A stretch of DNA of 64,000 nt from Octopus sinensis (Eukaryota), in NCBI RefSeq assembly GCF_006345805.1, contig NC_043006.1:36146001-36210000 (forward strand). Direction: 5' to 3'. The notes below the pieces were generated by a model. It was not told the DNA's origin, searched no databases, and worked only from the letters and a program-made list of their open reading frames with translations. Numbering within the stretch: position 1 is the first letter of the stretch; every line of letters begins with the position of its first letter. The translations under genes were made by a program, and so were the position numbers. Shown here piece by piece: positions 12,822-22,100 of the stretch.

Positions 12822-12929
12822 ATCTTACGGCCGTTTCCGCATCTGTTGTCAGTCAATGCCTACAAATAATTGCGAAAATAAAATTCTTCATCCTCATAGG
12901 ACATTTGAATCAGGTGTTTCATCAGAGTA
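12822..12929 (-). ncRNA. Hammerhead motif with intact core but eroded stems and very long helix II
   Basis: Minus strand: CUGAUGA (plus-strand tcatcag 12919-25) ...~80 nt partly self-complementary (UCAAAUGUCCUAU/GUAGGCAUUGA)... GAAAC-GGCC-GUA-AGAU. Stem I has only 2 pairs. Confidence 0.5.
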
Positions 12930-14234
12930 AACAAAAGCATCCAAAATAAACAAATAAAGTAGGAATAGGAAAGAAAACATGGCCTAGGAAAGAAATCTCG
13001 AAGCCCAAGATATTAAAAGCATATAATCTACCCTCTTGGGGTTACGAGGTCCGTAGGTAAGAGAGTGAACAAGTGCTGGTCTAGGGAGGAAAAAAATTTT
13101 ACGGGTAATTCCAATATAAAGGTGGAACCAAATTGTTTCAAAGGTTATGAAAAGAAATTATTAAAAGTAAATAATAATACGAGGAAACTTACTAACATGG
13201 CAAAAAGGGCGTTGCCTATGCTAACGGGAAAAGTCAAGTTAAAATGTAACCAAAACATTACCGTAGGGTGCTTAAGCTAGGGTACTTATAGAAATATTAC
13301 AGAGAACCCCACCTGTTGTCCGCAATAGGACAGGTCTAAGTCCAGCGATCTCTACAATTGGTCAATTATATTTGAACCGAGGGCATAAGTTAAAACCGGT
13401 TCAATGGATATATAAATAAAGATAAAAATAAATAAGAGAATAAGTAAATGATACGGGAGAGAAGGCAATGATATAAGTGGTACGGAACCGCATGTGTTCT
13501 TCTGCGGCTTATTGACATAACATACATGAGAAAAACGGTCAAATGGGCACTAGACTATACTTCTAGTTAAGGGGGGGCAACTAGTACAGGTATTACGGAG
13601 AATCTATATAGGAAAAATACTAAAAGATAATATTGGAATTAACATTATATATAGCAAATTGTGGTAATAATTAGATGAAAACAGGTACCAAAGACAATTC
13701 TATCTTATAGGTACACTACAATGCACAATCATAAAACCACTAACATTTAAGTGGTTAATATTTAAGAGCAAATCGCCTGTTAATTATTCTCGACGTTCCA
13801 TAAGAAATTTAAAAATAAAAATTGCAATAAAAGTTAGAGGTAATAATAACAATTGAATTAAATATAGTAAATATAGTAAGTAGTAATTAAATATATTTTA
13901 TTTTATTAAAATGGTAATTAAATCGTTATATAACAATTAAAAGAAAAAATAGCAATTAGTATAAAATGTATCAAGGACTTGAACTCGAATATGTGGCTTT
14001 GCATGAATGGGAGAAATTAAAAGATGAAAAATTTAATTGAGTGCAGAAATTAATTAGTCCAGATGGAGATGTGCTCATACCATTTACTATAGCTGCTAGA
14101 CTGAATTATATGCTTATAAAGTAGCATTCAGTATCTAAGAGAATTTTTGGGAGTACGTAATGTCTGGTTTTTCGCATGTAGCAGGTATGTAATTGTGCAT
14201 TTGTTTCCGTGTACTATGTGTTGTGTGTAAAAAA

Positions 14235-14316
14235 CATCCTGACGAGGGGAGTGTCAATTTTAAATATATAATATGTTTCATATTAATTGATATATCTCCG
14301 AAACAGCCTGTAGATG
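14235..14316 (+). ncRNA. Type I hammerhead ribozyme motif (PLE-type, minimal helix III, long helix II)
   Basis: CAUC(14235-38)-CUGACGA(14239-45)-helix II (GGGGA/UCUCC, UGUCAAUU/AAUUGAUA)-GAAA(14300-03)-CAG-C-CUG-UA|GAUG(14313-16). All core nucleotides are present and stem I CAUC/GAUG pairs. Predicted cleavage is 3' of GUA at 14312. Confidence 0.8.
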
Positions 14317-14486
14317 AACTTTTATGTATTTTTGTAAATTTGTATATTTATCTTCTATGTATTTTTCTCTGGAATTTTAATTCGTCTTTTTAATATGTTA
14401 TTGTATGTTTTATTACCCCAAATTTTTAATTTAACAAATTTATACCAAACTAGCACTATGACCCGGCAACGCCGGGTCATAATGCT

Positions 14487-14524
<38 letters not shown>

Positions 14525-15610
14525 CGTAAATATTTATAAAAAAGAAATTTGAGAACGCCACTATATAAGATAAATTTTAATTTTGTTAGATATTTTACAT
14601 GTTTCGGTTCTTCTTGTAAAAAACGAACCTTATCAAAAATATTTTTAAAAGTTAAGTGTAATAAAAAAGTTCATAATTGTTTCTTACTAGTCTCAATAGA
14701 GTCCACGTGGTGGTGTTTTGTGGAGGGGGAGCATAATGGATGCCTTGTGCATTGACTAGAATCGTTGGCTGTAATCGTGAAAGTGACCGTTTGCCGTAAT
14801 AGCAGTAGTAGCAGAGACCGTACGTGTATGTGTGTGTGTATAATTAAGTATCTACGTCTTCTCCTGTGTATAACTGCAACAAAAAATATATAAACAATTA
14901 CGTCTTCAATACAACAACTCTTCTATTTATTTAAATTAATTGATATTAAAAATATTATTGTTTAAATTAACTAATAATAATCGTCTACATTTATTGTTTT
15001 CTCGGAGGAATAATTCTGTAGTAGATATGAATAAAATCAAAAAAAATATTTTCCTTGTTTACTTAATTTATCGTAGCGAGAATTCCGTAATAAACATTAA
15101 TATAAACTTAAGGCTGTAAATACGATAACCAAAGTACCCCATAGATATATATTTAGGCTATAGTAATGGAAATGAAATTTACTATTTTTTTAGGGGTAAC
15201 CAGATTTGAAGTTACTTAAATAATGATTGTTATTCGTATATTATGAAAGAGAGAATTTAGTGAATCGATCGAAATCATTAATATAAACCAATCAAGTGAT
15301 AAGAACTGTTCTCGATGAACTAATCAATATTATTATTTACAAATTGAGGGACCATACATAGTGCATATCTAAACTCTATCAATACTTTCGGAAGTAACAA
15401 ACAACATTATTGGAATAAGAATACAATTTATAAACTATACAATACTATAATAATTATTATTTTGGTTATTAAATTTATTTAGTAAGTGAAATGCAACTAT
15501 TTATTATTATCACTGTTACTATTATTATCATCAATTAATTAATATATTAAATAAGTGTATATACACACCCATTCATTTAGTATAATGAAGACCTCTTATT
15601 TGTAATATGT

Positions 15611-16375
15611 AATTCATTCATTCATTCATTACATACGAAGAAACATTCATTCATTCATTACATACAAACAAACATTCATTCATTCATTACATACAAAAAA
15701 GCGTTCATTCATTCATTGCAAACAAACATTCATTCATTCACTGCATGCAAACATTCATTCATTACATGCAAACATTCACTCATTTATTCATTATATACAA
15801 ACATTCATTCATTCATTACATTCACTCATTTGTTTATTCATTATATACATTCACTCATTCATTCATTCCTTCATTACATGCAAACATTCATTTATTCATT
15901 CATTACATTCACTCATTCATTCATTATATACATTCATTCATTCATTCATTACATTCACTCATTCATTCATTCCTTCATTACATGCAAACATTCACTCATT
16001 CATTCATTACATTCACTCATTCATTCATTATATACATTCATTCATTACATTCACTCATTCATTCCTTCATTACATGCAAACATTCACTCATTCATTCATT
16101 ACATTCACTCATTCATTCATTATATACATTCATTCATTCATTCATTACATTCACTCATTCATTCATTCATTCCTTCATTACATTGAAACATTCATTTATT
16201 CATTACATGCCAACATTCATTTATTTATTCTTTACATTCATTCATTCATTCATTCATTCATTCATTACATACCAACATTCATTCATTCATTCATTCATTA
16301 CATACCAACATTCATTCATTCATTCATTCATTACATACCAACATTCATTCATTCATTCATTGATTACATACAAAC
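15611..16375. repeat. (CATT)n-derived complex satellite with higher-order periodicity
   Basis: CCTTCATTACAT motif at 15868, 15972, 16064 and 16172. Confidence 0.9.
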
Positions 16376-17216
16376 ACTACGGAGTAGAATTAGCGAATAC
16401 TAAACAAAAAAGAAATACGAATCGACAGAATTTTGCAGCAACAGGAAGAACCATAACTCTTTCCGTACTAATAATTTACGAGTGAAATCGAAAAGTAATC
16501 TAAGGGCAACAACTCCTATTTCTCCATGTTAATTCGTCCAACTAGAACAAATGACACCCAAATAATAACATTGGGAAAATAAACTAAAATAAACCACGAA
16601 CAAGCCAACATACCAAATGGTAAAACAATTCTTTCTACAGAACGGCGGAATCTTAAGAACATACCAAAATACCAGGGTGGGCGGTATAAGAACTGGACAA
16701 ATTCCTTCCAATACAATAGAATAACTGAAAGACAGGATAGCAACGAATCGCTAAAAAATAAGCCTATTTTTAGAGAACAGGATCTCGAATCAGAAGCGAA
16801 AGAAGACCTTAATTAGAAAATATTGAACCAACTGACCCCAAGAAAACTCTCACAACGAAATTTCAGAGAAATAGAAATGGAACTTCTGCAATGTGGACAG
16901 AAATTCACGCCAACTCTCAAACCTGACACGACAGATCTTGTAACGAAATACTGAAGAGTGTTGTAGAAAACTTCATCCGTGGAAATTCTTCTAAAATAAA
17001 CACGACGAAGATCCATCAATCGTGAAAAAAAAATGCAGGATTTAAACCACCGATAAACAGGAATAAATACTTAGAAGAATGTATAACGGGGCTGAAAATA
17101 TCTGCAAACTTAAACATTCCAACAAGCCATAAAAATCATTACAAATCAAGAACAAGAAGCTTTCGAATGTCTTCAGAAATATTCGCCCCATAATCATTAC
17201 CTACCTACCTAGCAAC

Positions 17217-17296
<80 letters not shown>

Positions 17297-17796
17297 TTAA
17301 ATGACCGACCTTTCTTCAAAAACAATAGAAACCAATGAAGATAAACGAACAATGATTTAAAGTGGTAAGTTAACGGACAAATTCAAGAATGTGGAATACC
17401 TCACTAACTTTGTAGCAAAATCAAGTAACTTTTAGGGACTTCCAAGGATCTAGAAATCTAAAGAAACCAATATTAGCTTAAAGAACCGCCATACACTATA
17501 TGTAATGATTCCCGAACCATCTGATTTAAAATTTCGTCTAATTGATCCAGGACCAGCATCTAGCACCTAATCATTGAGCACTTTGTTTGCTATAATTTTC
17601 AAACCGCGGTGCAAACTGGTTCCTACCTTCATCTAGAAAGAGTAGATAAAGTGACGATCCCAGCTAGCTTTGGTGTAATCAGTCTCCACACAAATATCCC
17701 CCACGGATTAGGATTAAAACCAATAGAATCCTGGATAGGCAAATTCCCACAAAGAATTCAGGAGATTTTCAAAGGAGTCATACTTGAAGGATTTTA
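16376..17796 (+). mobile_element. Degenerate Penelope-like retroelement fragment (N-terminus and RT), truncated by a SINE
   Basis: CGQKFTPTLKPD; RLIDPGP; SFGVISLHTNIPHGLGLKPIESWIGKFP, resembling the PLE RT SFDVxSLYTNIPH motif. Contains a (TCTA)n insertion at ~17217-17296. Confidence 0.7.
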
Positions 17797-18335
17797 TCTC
17801 ATGGTTCCGGGTTCAGTCCCACTGCGTGGCACTTTGGGCAAGTGTCTTCTACTATAAGCTTGTGAGTGGATTTGGTAGACATAAACTGAAAGAAACCCGT
17901 TGTGTATGTATTGTGGTAGGGGGGTTGTCCCCTACCACCGCTTGACAACCGGTGTTGGTGTATTTATTTCCCTATAACTTAACGGTTCGGCAAAAGCAAC
18001 CGATAGAATTAGTACCAGGTTTCAAAAAAGAAAATAAGTCCTGGGTTTGATTCATTCAACCAAAAATTCTGCAAGGCGATGCCCCAGCATGGCCGCGGTC
18101 TGATAGCTAAAACAAGTAAAAGGTAAGAGATAATGATTATTCTAGTGAAAATAGTTTGAACAAGGCGACGAGCTGGCAGAAGCATTAGCACGTTCTGAGT
18201 TCAAATTCCGCCGACGTTGACTTTGCCTTTCATCCTTTCGGAGTCGATAATTGAAGTACCAATTGCGTACTGGAGTCGATCTAATCGACTGGCCCCTTCC
18301 CCCAAAATTTCGGGCCTTGCGAGCATAAAAGAATA
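17797..18335 (+). mobile_element. SINE B (17797-18130) followed by SINE A, older-tail type (18162-18335)
   Basis: ATGGTTCCGGGTTCAGTCCCACTGCGTGGCAC...; AAGGCGACGAGCTGGCAGAA...CCCCAAAATTTCGGGCCTTG. Confidence 0.8.
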
Positions 18336-19182
18336 GTGGTTTGAATGCAACTCATATCTAATAAAAAAACAACTTCCTTATGTCTAATGCCTTTAGAGAA
18401 AAGCAAATATTTTCCTTGCTTATTATTTTTTTTTCCTTTTGCTGTTTTGTTGGAGGAGGTGGCTGTATATTATTTTCAAACAATGTTTTGAAAGCCTAAT
18501 ATCTATTTTCACAGAACTAAATTTATTTTGTTTTATTTTAATTTCATTTTAGATTCAATATGAAATTGCCTGGAAGAAAACTGCCAAAAGTGGAAACGGT
18601 TTATTCGATGAAATATGAGTAAAATTTCATATTTTATTCTATGTTGGTAACTTGTGAAGTAAACCTAAGCTTCTTTCTAAAGCCAAAAACAGGAAACCAA
18701 GAAAAAAAACCCAACATTCATTGCATATACCATAGGATAGACATCTTTCACTTGATTTACTGGTGTTGTTTAATGAAAATAACTTTTAGAGATGTCTACC
18801 TTCAATAATCAGCATTCAGGATGTTTTAGTTTCCATCAAAACGAAAATTCTTAACTTCGTTGTTTTAGTGATGTCCATATGAACAATAGATAATTTAATT
18901 TTTCACTTAAATTTGATAGAATCAAATATTTGAGTTTTCCTGATTGCAAAAAAGGCTATCAGTAATCGTTCAGCCCAACTGACTTCTATCTAAGCAGCAA
19001 TTTGATGTTTTGATATTAATGCCATTCTCAAATACAATTTGCATCATTATGTGAAGTGGAAATATATACAGGAAAGAGAAAAAATTGCATCTCAACTTAT
19101 ACTCACTGAAATCATACAGCATACTCTGTAGAAAACAATCGTTATACACATATAGCATAGATAATTATTAAATACTGAGAAA

Positions 19183-22100
19183 ATGCCAAAGTCTAAAGTA
19201 AAAAGAAAAATATTGGCGACCAAATTGACCGAAGATCTTGAAGAAATGCGTAAGAAAATTAAAGCAAAAAAGCAAATGACTATTTCCATCAAAGACATAT
19301 ATTATCCAAGGATAAAAGAATATAAGGACAATATTGAGATGATGATAAACAATATAGATAGAAAATGTATTTACTTGGAAAGTATCGGATTAGATAAATT
19401 TCGTTTTCTACAAGATGTCAAAAGTAGATTAGATATTCTGGAGGGGGATATTAACAATCATGAATTTATTGTTTTCCCAAAACTGAATTGGTTTCTCGAA
19501 CGACTTTTTGAAATCTATGTAAGCGACAATCATTCAACGTACAAGAACATAGCAATGCCAACGCCATACAGTAAATTTCGTCATCCCTCTTCAGTTGTCT
19601 CTACAACACCAGAGTTTCATGCTTCTGGTGAAGATTCCCAGAACTTAATTACAAACATTGTCGCAATTTACAATGGAATAGTAACCTATTCACCGCATTT
19701 AATGACATTACGCTGTACTACAACGAACCATGACGAACACGTGCTTCACTGTCCTTCCCAAGTCACTGATATTGCTAAAATTTGTAAAGACACGGTTATG
19801 GTAACAATTCCGTTTCGGAAAAAAATTCTATTCTTCAGTCCTTCTTCTTGCACAATGAAAACTTTTCCGTACGGTTTTAAGAAGATTTCCCATGTAAAAG
19901 ATTATGAATTTGTGGGTGTGAAACTCTTTAGCAAAATAATATATCTCGTAGACTGGTATAATGATACAATCGAAAGCAAATTTAGCCTAAAAGATGAACC
20001 TACAAACATTGCAATAGCAGAATACCGCCTCTTAGTCACATTTACTAATTTCAATCATATTTCTTGCTACAACCTCAATGGTCATCAATTATTTCAATTA
20101 TACGGCCATTCTTTAGATTCTTCACCAGCTATCACCGTTTATCATAACTATTTTTATGTCCTCCAAGGTAATATTATTCATAGAATTTCTCCTACTGGTG
20201 GTGTATCACAAAGAGAAATTGGAATAAAAGCCCGGCATCTTACTCTTGGTAAAAATATTATTGTCTTGTCCGACTATTTAGGTTTTGTGCACATTATTAG
20301 AACAAACGAAGACTTTTGGCCAAGGACAAGCTATTTGCAGAAGTTTCAAACTCCAGTTTTAAATAATCAAATTTATATAGACGATCCAGGCTATGTTCAA
20401 TGGATTTTGCCTATATCAAGAAATTCTACATTATTTATCTATTCACGTCCGAAAGCTGTATTATTCACAGATAATGGAAAAGAAATCCTCGAAAAGGCTT
20501 GTAAATTTCATTTCCAACCTGATGTCTTTTGTAAATTCAACTCAAACACTTTTCTTATTCTGTTCAGGGAACAGAAAAAGATTCAATTCATTTCGTACTC
20601 CGTTCACTACCCAATACTAAAACAAGGTCACATCATAGACGTCCACTTTGATTACATTCGAATGTGTCATATGATATTAGATAAGGTTTTGGCTGTGACC
20701 ACAAGTGAAAGTAAAGAGGTACACATCCTTTCTATTAAAAATGACAACGTCATAATCGAAAACAAAATTTCATTGGAACATGTTGATGTCACCATTGCTG
20801 CGACTCCACTCAATTTCATAGTAGGAGATTTGAAGGAAAACAAACTGCTTTTTTATTCAAGTTTTGGGGAAAGGCTTTTTGAAAAACAACTGGATTTTGA
20901 CTTCCATCACATCTACTCCGATAATTTATACTTTTATATTGTGCACAATAAAGGTTACTTTCTCAAGTGTTACAATATATATGGAGAAGTCGAATGGCGA
21001 TTACAATTTCCTTGCGCTGTTCACTCTCAAATCGGTGTTTTCCAAGGAACTTTTTCTGTGCTAGACATTAAGCTCAATAGAGTTCTTTTTTACAAGTATA
21101 AAGAATGGTCCAGTTGTCATTTAGATTTGGTAAATCCTTACATTCAAAATATAGATTTACGAGATTCCTATAAGAATAAGAAAATTCTCATCGCAGATGT
21201 ATGTCATCTACCAAATGGACAGCTGGTCGTATCAGACATGAATACATCTTGCTTGTTATACATTTCCAAAGATGGACGTGTAATGTCTACATTATTTCTG
21301 CCGTCCTTAGCTACAGATATATGCCGATGGGATAGTAGCCAAATAGGAATAACATTACCATTGGAGAAAGAATTAAGGGTAATCGGAAATCTATCGAAAC
21401 GAGTTCGAAGTATATCGTTAAGTAAACCTTATGTATGTGTACGCAAATTCAGTAATGGTCGAATTCTTTGCTTTTGTGATAAGCCATGCAATTTAGATAT
21501 TGTATCGATTCAAAAACACAACCAAGGGGAAATCATTTCTACAATCAGTGTCCCTTTCGTAATAAAGTCATTAGCAATTGACGATGAAACATTCAATGTG
21601 CTGATTGTTACTAAGAAGAAAGTATTTGAGTGTAAAATCTCATCAAAAGCTGACTCCACTCTTTTACCCACCAACTTCAAACCTCAGTGTTTTCTGCATG
21701 GCGGATGCATTGATAAAACTTGTGTTTATCTGATAGACGAAAGTCGACTGTTTGCTTTAAGTAACCATAATTTGGAGATGAAGGATCCTCTGACCAGGAA
21801 TCAGCTTAACATGTTCATTGATCACGTCGATGTATTTTCAAGAAACATTTGTGTAACTGAAATGCTGTCTTCGAAATTATATCTGCAGGATTTATCAGTT
21901 TCTGATAAATCTCGAGAATGCTTGGTCCCTCAGTGTTTAGGAGATGAAAAAACAGTGAACGTTCTTTGTTCAGTTATTACTGAAAACAACTTGATTGCAA
22001 TATGCGATCAAAATAATAAGAACATTAAGGTATTAACTTTTGATGGAAAACTTCTGGACTCAATCAAACTGGATGTTTTACCCATTCGAATGTGTCGATG

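Noticed and set aside
15716-16485. His/Ser/Phe/Ile-rich ORFs of 109-246 aa
   Set aside because: These are translations of the (CATT)n satellite.
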